Origin: Podospora anserina | Lineage: Eukaryota | Assembly (NCBI GenBank): GCA_017654855.1 | Contig: CM030332.1 | Coordinates: 2,418,001 to 2,482,000, forward strand | Length of the DNA stretch: 64,000 nt | Direction: 5' to 3' | Part shown: one piece after another, positions 36,628 to 49,190 of the stretch | Position numbering within the stretch: position 1 is the first letter of the stretch | Layout: each line of letters begins with the position of its first letter | Made by a program: the position numbers and the translations under genes | The notes under the pieces: model-generated | The model's database searches: none | Told to the model about the DNA's origin: nothing | Seen by the model: only the letters and a program-made list of their open reading frames with translations

Positions 36628-39600
36628 TCAAGCAGACGGCCCTCCGTCTCTCCCCTTATTCGCCATCCTCAAGCTCTCCTCCAACGCCCTCTTCAAATCT
36701 TCATCGTCCTCATCCGAATACTCATTCAACACCTCCCACGACTCGGAAACATCCTTCCCCTTCCCCTCCCGCGATCCGCTCTGCCGCGTCGCCCGCTTAA
36801 ACTCCTCCTCCTGCAAGCTCTGTTTCTTGACATACTCGAGCACAATCTCCTCTTCCGTCATCTGCCGTTGGAGCTTCTCCTTGTCTTTTCTAAACTCCTT
36901 CTCTGACTCCTCCAGAGCTCGGCGAAGTTGCTCCTCTTCGTCGTCACGGTCATTGCTGTTTCGCTGAGGAGGCGTGCCGCCACTGTTCCCCGGCAGCTCA
37001 AACGCTTCATCTCGGGGACTCGGCACAGGCTTCCTCTGCAGATTCCTCAAGGCCGCCTTCTCATCAGCATAATAGGGCTGATACGACTGCCCCTGCTGAT
37101 CAGCCTGCTCCTCCATCAAGCTCTGCCTCACCGCCTCTTCGATCAAAGCTTGGTATTCCTCATCCGTGATGTTGGTGAACTCCTCATCAGAGATATAATT
37201 CCCCTTGAAATCCACCGGCCACCCAGCATCGAACTGCGGCGGCCTCTCGGGGGGTGTATTCTGCCCAGAGGCTCCCCGATTGTCCACAGCCTGTTTCTCC
37301 GCAGCCGCCAACGCCCTCTCCGCCGCCTGCCTCCTCATCCCCATAACACTCGCCCTAACCAGTTGCTCAATCGCCGCATCCTCCTCCGGATTTCCATTCG
37401 AAGTCCTCTGCACCGACTCCCGAATCGCAGCCTCAATAGCCTCATGATCATCCAGCGCCATCAGCATATTGTTCGTGCTAGAGCTCGCACTCCCTCTGCT
37501 CATCCCCCTCTCCGGAGGCGTCACATCCCCAGGTGACATCGGCGACGCCGCTCCTCCCTGATGCGTCCTCCTCCACTCCTCCTTTTGTCTATGCAACTCC
37601 TTCCTCTTATCAATACTCAACCCCCTCGTCCTGAGCCATCCCGTCTTTGGCTCTTCCTCCTTGTTATTGCTATTGCCCTCGCCGCTCAACTCCCTATCCT
37701 CATTCTTGATATCCTTATACCGGGAGTACAACCCCTTCAAATCATGCCCATCCTGCCTCATCTCCCTCCATCTCGCCAAGATATCCCTCCTCTCCTCCTC
37801 GGTCGAGAACTCGAGGTCCTCCTCCCCTTGCTTGGCCCGACTGGCAATGATGTACCCCATCACCTCCGTCTTGGAGAAGTAACTCTTCCTCATCTGAACT
37901 TGCACCCCCTGGGAGAAATACGCCGGGATCGACCACAAGGCAGCCGAGTTCTTGAGGAAGAACCCGCCTACTCCCTTGCCAAAACCCTTGACCAGGCCAA
38001 CGGGGCCTTCCTTCTGTGCGCCTTTCCAGGGCTGGGTAAAGAGGCCAGAGACGCCATCATAGACACCCAGGCTGAACTCCTTGCCAGCTACGCGGACGCC
38101 AGAGCTGAAACCGGTGACCTTCTCCACTGGACGGACTGTCTCATCGTGGTAGAGCTTTGGTGCGTTGCGAAAGCCGCGGGCGACGCCCAGGCAGAAGTTG
38201 GTGTGGACTTTTGCGCCCACGCCTAGGATGCGCATGGCGCCTTTGCCTGCTCCTACCGCAAGGTCGAGGTTGAAGGGTTCGCGGGTGGGGGAGCTTGAGC
38301 CCGATGCTCGGGTTGGGGGAGGGGAGAGCTTGGAGGAGGTGTCGGTCCCGGTGCCGGTGTCGATTCTGGTGAAGGCGGTGGGAGTGGTAGAGTTGGAGCT
38401 GATGCTGGCTGCGTCGGCGGCGTGGGAGGTGGTTCGTTGATGAGAGGAGCTGGGTGAGATGGTGCTGGCTGAGATGGAGGCTGCATCATCAACAAGGACG
38501 CTGTTTCTGTCGCCGACGATTGTTGACCTGGAGCTCGAGGCTTCACTGTTGCTGCTCTTTTCCTTGGCCTTCTTGTTTTCTTTGGCACCTTTGAAGACTT
38601 CTCTGGGGAAATCGGCCACGGCCAAGGTCAAGGCACTGAAGTCTCCAACGAGTGCCGCGGTGGCTGCTGAGACAGGGTCCCAGGGCTGCTCGTCTGTGTC
38701 ATGTTCTACCGAGCGATGTCTGGTGAAATGTTAGCAAGATATCCTCAGTAACAGATGAAGGTGGAAGGAAGCTTACAGCTTGAGATCCGTATACTTCAGC
38801 CATCCCTCCCTAACCAACACCGCCGCCGCCAGCGCACTCAACCTGACATGCGTCCTCCTCACCCTCCAAACAGCAACCCGACTCGGCGCAAGCGAGCATC
38901 TCATGTTGTCAGTATTCAAGAACTGATGGAACGTCTTGCCACCCACATCAGCCCCCTTCTCCGCCCTGATCTTCTGTCCGAGCTCCTTCGCCTTGGTCTG
39001 TGTACCCGGCTCCAAGCACTTCTCAATAGCAGCGGCGAGGTTCTCGGCTGTCAAAGTCTTGAACGGAATTGGTGCTGGCCCAGCACCAGACCTAGCAATC
39101 ATGTTGCCCCAGAAGATCTGGTCTCCAAAGAAAGGCACAACGACGGTCGGCTTGCCAGCGTTGATGCCCGCTGCTGTGGTCCCCGCACCTCCGTGATGTA
39201 CCACGGCCGCCACCTTCTTGAACAGCCAGTCGTGAGGACAGTTCCCGAGCATGAAGACATTATCCGGAAGGCTCAGTGCATCTCCTCCGATGCCACCCCA
39301 TCCCTTTGATACCAAAGCCCTCACCCCAGTGCGCTTGACGGCATCAAAGATCGTCTTGGTCAGCGCATCAGGGTCATCGACGACAATCGACCCAAAACCG
39401 ATGTATACCGGCGGCGGTCCAGCATCCAGGAATGCTTTTAACGTCGGGTCAGGCTCGTACCCAGACTCAAGGTTCAGAAAGAAGAACCCCGACACTGACA
39501 CCTCCTCACCCCAATCCGCTGGCTTGGGAATGAGAGCTGGTGACCAGCAGTACGTAGTCGGTATCCTCATCCGCGAAATCAACCCCGGAGCCCAAAGCAA

Positions 39601-40919
39601 GCTCAAGCTCTCCAAGTCCAGGACGTTTGTCCTAAACCGGTTGATCACATCTCCCAGCCCCTGCCAAGTCATCATCTCAACCAGGGTATAGGAAACATAA
39701 TTGGTTAGGACATCATCCGCGTTGGTAGCAATGATATCCGCCAGCGGATGGGGAAACGCCCTTGTCGGTGTCCACGGCATCCTATTCCCACCTGTTAGCA
39801 AACCCCTCTCCCATTCAGTCCCAGTAAAGTACTCACGTAAACATGACATGCACCGGCACCCCCAACTTCTCCGCAATATGCACATGCGCAAAGCTCGGCG
39901 GGTTTGCAATGATCGCGTCCGCCACGAACGGCCTATCCCCCTCCCCGCCCTGCGTGATACAGCTCCTCCAGCACCCCTCCAGCATCTCCTCCACTCCCTT
40001 CCTCCTCCTCCTGATCTCCCCCTGCCTCAAGGCCTCGAAGCCAGGCATCAACCCCGGATGCTTCACCATAAACGCCATCAGCTCCGCCGGGTCCCCTCCA
40101 ATGTCAAAAAACTCGAGGCCATTCTCCTCGACGAACTTCTTAAACGTCCCATGTGTGGCGATCCGGACCCTGTGGCCATATGTATCCCTCAGGACCAAGC
40201 CCAGCGCAATAAAAGGCTGGACATCACCTCTTGACCCGACAATCTGAATAACAACGTTAAGCTTTGGGGGCGGCGTCTGTCCCGGCAGACCGCCAAGGTT
40301 AGGGGGGATATACGGCGGAGGAAGGGGACCAGAAGGCAAGGGGGGCAAAGGAGGGGGTTTTGACCTCTTGGCTATCGCAGGCGCAAGAAGCGTAGACAAG
40401 CGCCGGTTCTTCTCCAGCAAATGGATCGAGACGCGGCCAGTGGCTTCAACGGTCATTGTGTTAGTCGGCTGGCAAGAGATTACGTATATCCACGCGATGA
40501 CATAGGTAATATGGTACAGAGGTAGGTTAAGAAGGGATTCTGGGTAGCGGTCAAGAAGAAAGAGGATCGCAAAAGGGGTGTAAGTAGGAATGGAATCGGG
40601 CGGGCATGGGCGAGGGTAAATTGTGATACTCACAAGTTACAGCGGCGTCGGCAGCGAATCCGTTTTGCGAGAGCTGTAGCTGATCATGGTGCTCGCCTTC
40701 TCCGTAAGCCGGGGGGGCTACATCCAGGTTCTCGTCCTCGCCTGCCATAAGATCTTCATGGGTTGGGATTGCGTTTGTCCTACGCGGGCCGTCTGACGGT
40801 GGCTGCTGAGCTTCTGACTGTTGCGGCTGTGAAGACAACCGCTGTCTAGACAGTCTGGAAGGTGATCTAGGCGGTACTGGTGGTGGCCCGGAACGGCCGG
40901 GATTGTCGTTGCCTGTCAT
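36628..40919 (-). CDS. UDP-glucose:sterol glucosyltransferase-like (GT1/Glyco_transf_28) protein with C-terminal UIM-like repeats
   Basis: 'IQIVGSRGDVQPF', 'HRVRIATH', 'AIIANPPSFAH', 'MPWTPT..FPHPL', 'PPVYIGFGSI', 'PHDWLF...VHHGGAGTTAAG...PFFGDQ'. At least three introns. Confidence 0.9.
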
Positions 40920-42113
40920 GGTGTTGGCGATGATGAGTGTGAGAGTGACAGGTACAACTGTCTGCGGATAGCGAACTCGACCAGTTGTATTCCAAGTATC
41001 TTTGTCTTGGGGATTCGGCTTCAAAAACAGTAGGAAAGTGAGAAAGGAATGCTGACGACAGCAAGCTGGTATATGGGTCGTGGGCTATGTCTGTCTTGTG
41101 TAAGGTGTGGGAGGTTAGGTAAGACAGGCAGGGCGACGCCGAAAGGAAGAGGGAGAGGTGAACGTAGTGGTCCGGTCCGTCGGGTTCAAAAGTCCTTCCC
41201 GGGTGTGGTATTTGATTTGTCGCTCGTGAGGTGCTGACCAACGAGAGAGATGGTCGAGGGAAGGCAGATGTTGTAAGAAGGGGCAGGCTGAGAAGATGAT
41301 GCACAAGCAAGGTACTTTTTCCACGAAGAAAGCGAGCAGTGTCTTGATGAGACGGGACGGGATGAGGAAAAAAGTACATATACAGGGAAAGAGTTCACAT
41401 TTCTCGAGGTCCTACCTGACCGATGTCATGCCCAAACACCGGGCGCTACGGTCGGGTCTAGCCACAGCCATACAAAACCATCAAAGCTATACGCGGAGAC
41501 GGAGCCTACGCAGTTGAGCCCGTCTCCGCTCCACGGGCTATGCGTTGTTGCTTTGATGCAGTGTTCGTTGGATGACGCAGCGAGTGTAAGTGTGGCGGGG
41601 CATAGAGCGGGAGCGGGCCTATCACTCCTGCGCACAGTGCCGACCCATTCAGCGGCTTGTTCCGGAGCCCTGGAACGGTCGGTGGTGTGCCGTTGGGTGG
41701 CATGTTTCAGGGGCTACCACCTATAAAACCGCACTGTGTGCACTGTGAAGCCCTACGCGCGTAAGGGGGGACCATCTCAAGAACTCGTTCCCAGGCAGCC
41801 TACGAACCTATTACGCGTATCAAACACACCACCTCCACTCCTCAGCCTCACTTCTGAACATATATTTCGGCATAATCCGTCACTGGCTCTCGTCATGTTT
41901 TTGATGAAATGCGACATTAACACCGACTGGCTACCACATAAGAGCAGAATGAAACCGACTAACAGCAACCAATCCCTTTTCGATAAAACACCACGAACTA
42001 AAAACGAATACACGGAAAGCAACAAGGAACAGGCCTGCTACGTCGACTCCTTGCGTTGAAAACACCCAACCCGCTTAACTATACTACCGTCATCTTCCTC
42101 ATAATGCCATCAT

Positions 42114-43379
42114 TCAAGAGTGCTGGTCGTCCTCGGGGGGCGCAGCACCACCCGTCGTCGGCAAGCCCATGAAGATTTTGAAAGAGTCCTGAAAAAGGGG
42201 TCAGCAAGCACATTCACAGGTCCTCGACAGAAAGACGCAAAAACTCACATAAATCATCCACTGCAAACCAGTGAGGGTACCAATCATGACGATTCTGACT
42301 GGCAGACCGTTCCAAAGCCCCTTGAAGCCGATGTCCTTGTAAATTCTTGATGTCACAGCACCGAATCCCTCACCGGCCTTGCGGTAGGCATTCAGCTTGC
42401 TGACCATGACGTCGGCAGGATGAGACACGATGGCGCAAAGAATACCTGCCAGGTAACCACCAGCAAAGGCCACTCCCGTCTGCGCGCCCTTGCTGTAATC
42501 ACTCTTCTGGCCAGGGAGGCGAGCGTAGATCATTTCGACAATGGTCTCAAAGGAAGCGAACTTCATCATGGTATAGGGGATTTGTCTTCCCCACAACGGG
42601 TAGAGACCCTTGTACAGGCCACCGACGCCTTCAGCAGCTGTGATGGTGCTCAGGCCGTTGAGTGTACCCGAATACTGGGACGGGATAGTACCCTGCATCC
42701 GAACCTTGATGGCCTCAAAGGGGCAGAGCGCGATATCGGCCAGAAACTCGGCCGAAGCCGAGGCAGACAGGTACAACGCAGTCTTGTACTTGTGAGCCGC
42801 CTCGGGGCCAGCAATGTCGGCGTAGGTCTTCTTGAAGTATTCATACCAGCCGTACTTGAACGCACCCTGAGCCGAATAACCGACGAGGGTTGGACTCCAA
42901 CCGACAAAGATGCCCCGGAAGCCGTCGGTTCGGAGGATATGTCTCCAGGCCTGGAAATTTCCTGAATAGAGCTTGGAGTCAATCTGGCGCCGAGTCTTGA
43001 CAAGATCCAAGGGAGTGACTGCAGTATGGGTGAGACCCTATAATCATGGTGCTTGTCAGCTTGCGCTTCCAAATATTGCTCCCACCATGTTACTTACACA
43101 AGCCAGCAAGCCGCCGAATGTGCAGGCAGCGTAGTATTTCCCAGAGTAGAGCTCGATACTGCCGGTTTTAGACTGAGCCTTCTTGCTGGCGGCATTGAAT
43201 TCTCGGCTGGCTTCCTCGCTGAGCTTTTTCGCCTTGCTCTTCGCATCATCGGCAATGGAGTAGGCAGGATACAAATCGAGGCGAGCTTCGAGGGGAGTTC
43301 GTGAGTTGGTTGGGCTTGGTGTCGGACCGCTACCAAAGGTCTTTTGGAGCGTATCGAACGCAGGGAATAGGGGCGCCAT
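42114..43379 (-). CDS. Mitochondrial phosphate carrier (Pic2/Mir1, SLC25A3 family)
   Basis: 'IELYSGKYYAACTFGGLLAC', 'PLDLVKTRRQ', 'GYSAQGAFKYG.YE', 'CPFEAIKVRMQ', 'RQIPYTMMKF', 'SHPADVMVSK', 'MIGTLTGLQW'. Two introns. Confidence 0.93.
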
Positions 43380-44522
43380 CTTGAGGGTTCCTGGTGTCAA
43401 GAAAATAAGGTGTAAGTGACAAGTCCAAGCGCACAGGAGAAGCTGCTCCGATCCATGACATCCGCGCCCAAGCTGAATGGATGCAGTAACCAAACACACA
43501 AGGTCAAGCAAACGTACCGATTGCGATAATTAGATTGGCAATAGATTCTAGGAAAGAAAATGTAAACGAGGATATAATCTGATCGATCAACACGGTCGAA
43601 ATCGCTACCGAGTAGAAGCTCTCAATTGAGGGAATATTTAGATGCAGCAATCCGGAGTTAAGAAGATGAGACGGAATCCGGGAAGGATCAGACGGTAGGA
43701 TAATAACATGCCTATCAATAACAAGGAAGGCAAGGCTCAGTTACACAAAGTCCGAGCTGGCCGGCAAAGGTCGGGATCGGATGAAGGGTTACAAGATAGC
43801 TCAAACATGCTACAAGATGCCTGGCGATACGCTCAGTTTGAATTTATGATGCTTTATCCGGTTCTCCCGTTCGACCTTTCTGGATCACATCCTCCAATTC
43901 AGCCAGTAGCGTTCAACATTCACATCGCAAAGTGCCCGTCAAGTGACGACATTGCCCGGATTCTGACAGCCCAAAACCGGTGACGTCGTTTGGCGGGGCA
44001 GCTTCAAGAGCCAACCACTTTATCGCGGCTTATCGCGAAGCCATAACGGCTGACTATGCCTATGATTGCTTGGTATGATTGACACTTTCGACCCGCTGTC
44101 GCAATGCAGTTGAGGAAGCAAGTCATTGCTGAGACTTTCACCGGCGATATCCGCTTCTCCTCTAGCCATATAAAATCACGATATCTTCTCCCGTCGTTGT
44201 ACATGAGCACCTGTAGAAAGAGGAATAGCTCCTATTTAACCCCAGGAAGCACAAGCACTGGCCACTTGAAGTATCCCCCACACATTAGCTAATTACATGT
44301 GATTGGCCCGCAGGGAGCACCCGGGCCACTGTCAAAGACTCGTTCCAGTCTCTCTGACGCTCACCTCATCCACTTGACCGCCGGTGACCACGAACTGACA
44401 CAGATGTCGGAGTGACCTCAACCTTTCGATTAACATTTTTTTTTCTCGGCGCTACACTTGACTTTCACCGAAGCCTTTTTTCTCCCGGAAAATTTAGCAA
44501 CGATTCCTAAAAAAAACATAAA

Positions 44523-45085
44523 ATGGCCGACGTAATGTCTCAACCATCACAGCCATTCGTCTCCAAGTGGGCGTCCCGGTATCGCGGGGTAAAAATTCCT
44601 ATTTCCCTCCCCTCTCATGATCATCATCATCATCTCTAACCTTCCCCCTCCCCATCCCATAGGCAACAGTAGAAGACCTCGACCCACCCCCCGCCCTCTC
44701 CCTCACCCCCTCCGACCCCATCTCCCTCGCCCTCCTCTCCGCCTTTGAGCGCGACTACACCCACCTTACCATCGTCTCCTCCTCCAACCGGGCCCTTTTG
44801 GGGTACATCTCCATCCCTCACCTGCAATCCCTCCTCGAGTCAGGGAAATGCAAACCCGAAGATGAGATCAGATCGGCAATGATCAGGTTCCAGCGCAAGG
44901 GGGCACGGTACACAGTCATCACCATGAACACTCCTCTCGAGGAGTTGGAAGGGTTCTTTGAGGGCAAGGACAATGGCGGGCAGAAGCAGGATTTTGCCGT
45001 GATTACGGATAGCGGGAGGAGGTTTGTTTTGGGGGTGGCGACGAGGGAGGATTTGGAGGAGTTTGTCAAGAGAAGGCCTGCGTAG
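44523..45085 (+). CDS. Small CBS-domain protein
   Basis: 'SKWASRYRG' / intron about 44589-44661 / 'ATVEDLDPPPAL...AFERDYTHLTIV...LLGYISIP...FAVITD...FVLGVATREDLEEFVKRRPA'. Confidence 0.8.
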
Positions 45086-45571
45086 AATGGCTGAACAAGG
45101 GATGGTGTAGAGGAGGCGATATGTAAGAAAGGGGCAACGAAACAGAAGAGGGTTTTCATTACGGACTGGCGTTGAAGGTGGTCGCAAATTCAGGGGGGCA
45201 TTCAACATGGAAAATGGGCATTGGGATTAGGAATGGGAGGGGGGTTGATCTCACACAGAATACCCAAGCTATCATACACAGGGGGGCTCAGATTCCCCTC
45301 GGAGCTCGCGCATTTGGATTTATTCTCTTGCCCATAGGTGAAGGCAGTGATGTACATGGGCGCAATAGGCATCTGGACAACTTCACCAGACGCACAAAGG
45401 TACTGTAGTAGCTTTAACTTGGGATGATGATCTTTGGGCGTTCCAACTTGTAGCAAACAAAAACTAGCGATACAAAACTCCTGCAGTACAAAACTCGCGT
45501 GCAAGACTACCTGGTACTCAAAGCCGATCTACCACCCTTCTTCTCTTCTTTTACTTTCTGACACCCTTGAT

Positions 45572-46221
45572 TTACTCAAGGTAGTCATAGTAAAGCTGCA
45601 ACTCAACCCTCTCGCTCCCCTTGGCAATCACCACATTTCTCGCATACCTCCTCTTGCCATCGCTGCACTCCTTGAAACCCCAGATCTGAGTGGCGGTCCA
45701 CCCGGCATCGTAGCTCTCGACATAGCTGAGGAGGTGAGTCTCGCCGTTGGGACCGCCCTTTTCGGCGTCGGTCTCGATCCAGCCAGACTTGAGGAAGTCG
45801 TCGGTGATCTCGGCGGTGGAGATCCACTTGGACTGGCCCTTGACGTGGCCGAAGAGCCAGTCGGAGTGGTCGCGGAAGGTGTAGTCGAGGCAGCGCTTCT
45901 CGGTCGAGCCCTTCATGCCGCCGGTGCCGGTCTGCTCGATCTCGACGTGGGTGAACTGGGTGGCCGAGGGCTCGGCCGGGGGGGAGGCGGGGGCGGAGAA
46001 CTGCTTGATTTCGAGGGTCACGGTTGCGAGGCCGACCATCTTGCGGGTCATCCAGCCGACGCCTTGGAGGGCGAGGCCGGGCTCGATGGGGGTGGAAAGG
46101 GTTTTGTTCTAGTTTGAGGCGTTTAGTAAAAGTTTGAGGAAAAGGGAGGGGGAATAGAGGAGCATACCATAACCCACTTTCCATTGAGGTCACCAATGGT
46201 CTTGGAGGCGGGAGCGGCCAT
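45572..46221 (-). CDS. Conserved fungal protein ('GKWVMNKTLS...LQGVGW.TRK' family, lipocalin/FABP-like)
   Basis: Exon 1 'MAAPASKTIGDLNGKWVM', an intron, then 'NKTLSTPIEPGLALQGVGWMTRK...HSDWLFG...GWTATQIWGF...RRYARNV...LYYDY'. Confidence 0.75.
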
Positions 46222-47945
46222 TTTGAACGGTATGTATGTGTATGTTGTGGTGTGTAAGTGATGGGGGGGATTTGGAGTAGTTCAAGGCAAGCTTGCGTTC
46301 TTTAATGGGAGAAGCACAAGTGTGTGAGGGTATACGTAGTGTGGTGTAAGATGGAAAAGATGGAATGTGATGTGAGACAGGAAAAGGCCCAACAAAGACA
46401 GAGGGACTCGGTTCTTATTATATTCCTACCTTTCTCCAGCCCTCTCTCTCTCTGGTCTTTCCCCTTCTTTCGATCTCTACTAGCTAAAGGTCTTGGTACA
46501 TCTGCTAGTGGGGTAGAGTTGTAAGATATGGTACCTACCCAAGCTTGTCACAAGGCGGGGAGTCGCAGCAGAGCGCTCTCATGAAACTGGGGGCCTGCGT
46601 GTCTGGGCGGCCGAGGTTGTGACTTTGGCTTCTGCTCTAACATATTCACAAGCATGCGCAAGTAAAACGCAAGGACAAGGCTTGCACGCGGGAAGCATTG
46701 GCTTCGGATGGATCCCCTGTTTGGAGGATATCGGCCGCGGCGGGCGATCCTAAGTATGACGCAGCGTTGCATGGCGCGGGGATTGGGGGGGGAGGAAGGG
46801 ACTTCTGGCAGCTCGTTTTGTGATCGTGACCTCGTGGCCTCTATGGCTTGGTTTGTTTTGTGAGGCTTGCTGCTTGCTTTGGTTGGGTTGATGCTTTGCT
46901 GCTGCGGCCGGCAGACCGGGACAAGACTTGCATTGCATGTCCTCCGAGTCCGATTCAGCGAAATGCCAAACATTGAACCAACACTATCAGACTAGTTTCA
47001 CGCTCCGGAGAATGCCAGACAGACGGCCGCTGAAAACGGTGGCCAAAATCGTATGCGCGGTACATCCGCTAGACCGCGTGCCTCGACTCTTCCCGTCCAG
47101 ATAAACTTTCTGCTACTTTCAGGAACCCTCTCGGGAGTCCCCGTGCGGTTGTGCCTTTGCATGTAACCAATTATCTGGATCACTTCCCAACACATGTAGG
47201 TGTTGAAGCGTATCAACTTCATCTTCAAGAACAGGAAATCACCACGTCCCGGCCCCTAGTTCGTCAGGTCTCTGGTCAGGTTCATGCTTGATGATCAGGA
47301 CAGCTCGAAATGAAGCGGCCCCTCCTCCCCGCCTCCCTCCTGCCCACCAAGACCAAAGCCAAGAATCCCACCATGAATAGTGCGGGGTAAAAATAGTGCT
47401 ACCACCGAGGTTCCATTTTCCACGTGAAAGCGCTCTTGACAGTTGTTGAAAGACCAATGCTGGCTTCACCTTCAGTGGCTGACAACAGTGCAGTAATCCA
47501 AAGATGAAGTTCAGGTCCATTGTTTGAACTCTTTGATATGTTTTGAGTATTATTCCAATGTAGTAAGTAGTAGTATATGCTGTAACACCAGCTCATGCAG
47601 TATTAACCTAAACCGTTCCTTGCCTTGCCTTCCCTTCTCGATCCCCTACCGACCACAGCGCTAAACTAAAAAGAAAACAAAGATTATTCTGAGTCGGTAT
47701 ATCCTAGTATTACATTCGACGTGCCTCCCCCGAGCCTCCTAACTCCCAGGGGCAAGATGCGCCTCTCCCTCCCCATACATTAGCTCCGCATCGCAAACCC
47801 TCGCTCGGTGACGGCCTGGTCACATTTCCCAAGAACCCCATCCATCACACGCCTTGGGGTTGTATTTTCCCCCGTTTCTCTTAAACGAATCCTAGACTAT
47901 CCCTTCCCCAACTCCAGGACATCCACCAGGGTATATAAGAACTCC

Positions 47946-49190
47946 TCAAGGCCACCACTTCATCTTCTTATAACTCTCAATCACCTCCTCCACCAGCTCC
48001 TTCGAAATCTTGGGCTTCTCATACGTGAACCCAACCACCTCTTCTAACCTCGAGCCGTCCATGCTCAGGTCGGTATCTTTCAATAGCTCCTTCTCCATGA
48101 AAGGCGTCAGAGGTCCCGGCCTGGTGATCCCAGCTTCCGCAAGAAGATCAGCCCACGGTCCCAAAAGCTCATCGTTGACATCGTCCACCACACTGTCGAG
48201 GTTGAGCTTGGCGAATGTGCTGATCAACGATCCCTGGAAGCCCGTGCTGATGCCGAACACCTCCCCGATAATATCAGCCATGGTTCCCTGAGTTGTCACT
48301 CCCTTGTCGACCACGTTAAAAGTTGGCACCTTGCCCATCTTGCCGTCGTCCCACTTGGCCTTTCCAGCTGTGTACCAGCCCGTGATGGCCCACAGAGCCC
48401 TCGAGACATCGTCAATGTGCACTGTGTTTTGGCGGAGGTCCTTTGTCCAGAGCCACTTCATTTCTGACTCGAGGGCCTTGTACACCCTGGCCATGCAGAG
48501 AGCTGTAGCGACCCATTGAGACGCATATGGGCCGTAAACATGGGCAAGTCGCACAATGACGAGGTTCAAGCTGCAAACACGTTAGCCACTGTTCCAAAAC
48601 AAGACAAGATCATAAAGCAACAAAACATACCCCTCAATCTTGGCCAACTCCTCCTCAGCCTGCAGCTTGAAAACCGCAATCTTGCTCCAGGGCTTCAGCT
48701 TGTCCTGCTCCTTACTCGGTGACGAATCGGGCTTGTACACCATCCCCGTGCTCAACTCGACAAAGCACTTGACACCTCTCTTCGCCGCTTCCCTTCCTAC
48801 ATTCAGCGACAAATCAAACGACCGCAGCTTGTACACCTCATCCTCCTGTGAATAGCGAGTCTCTCCACCGCAGTTGAACACATAGTCAAATTGTTTCCCG
48901 TCCGCGCGGTCGAATATTCTAGGGAGCGATTCTGTTTGAACTGGTCAATATATGCGAGAAAGCTTGGTAGGTTTAGAGAGAGACATACGCTCTCTGCTCG
49001 CATCTGCCTGCACGAACTTGGCGCCGGCACACGCTTCCTCAAACTCTGAAGGCAACCACGCGAGCTGCGGGAGCACCTTGTCGACGATGCGCACGTCGGA
49101 CGCGAGATTACTTTTGTGAATGTGCTGGGCGAGGAACCGGCCAATGTAGCCAAGACCGCCGATGATCAACACCGACGGTTTTTCCGCCAT
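47946..49190 (-). CDS. NAD-dependent epimerase/dehydratase family protein
   Basis: 'VLIIGGLGYIGRFL', 'VFNCGGETRYSQ', 'IVRLAHVYGPY', 'TVHIDDV'. Two introns (about 48932-48990 and 48572-48630). Confidence 0.88.
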
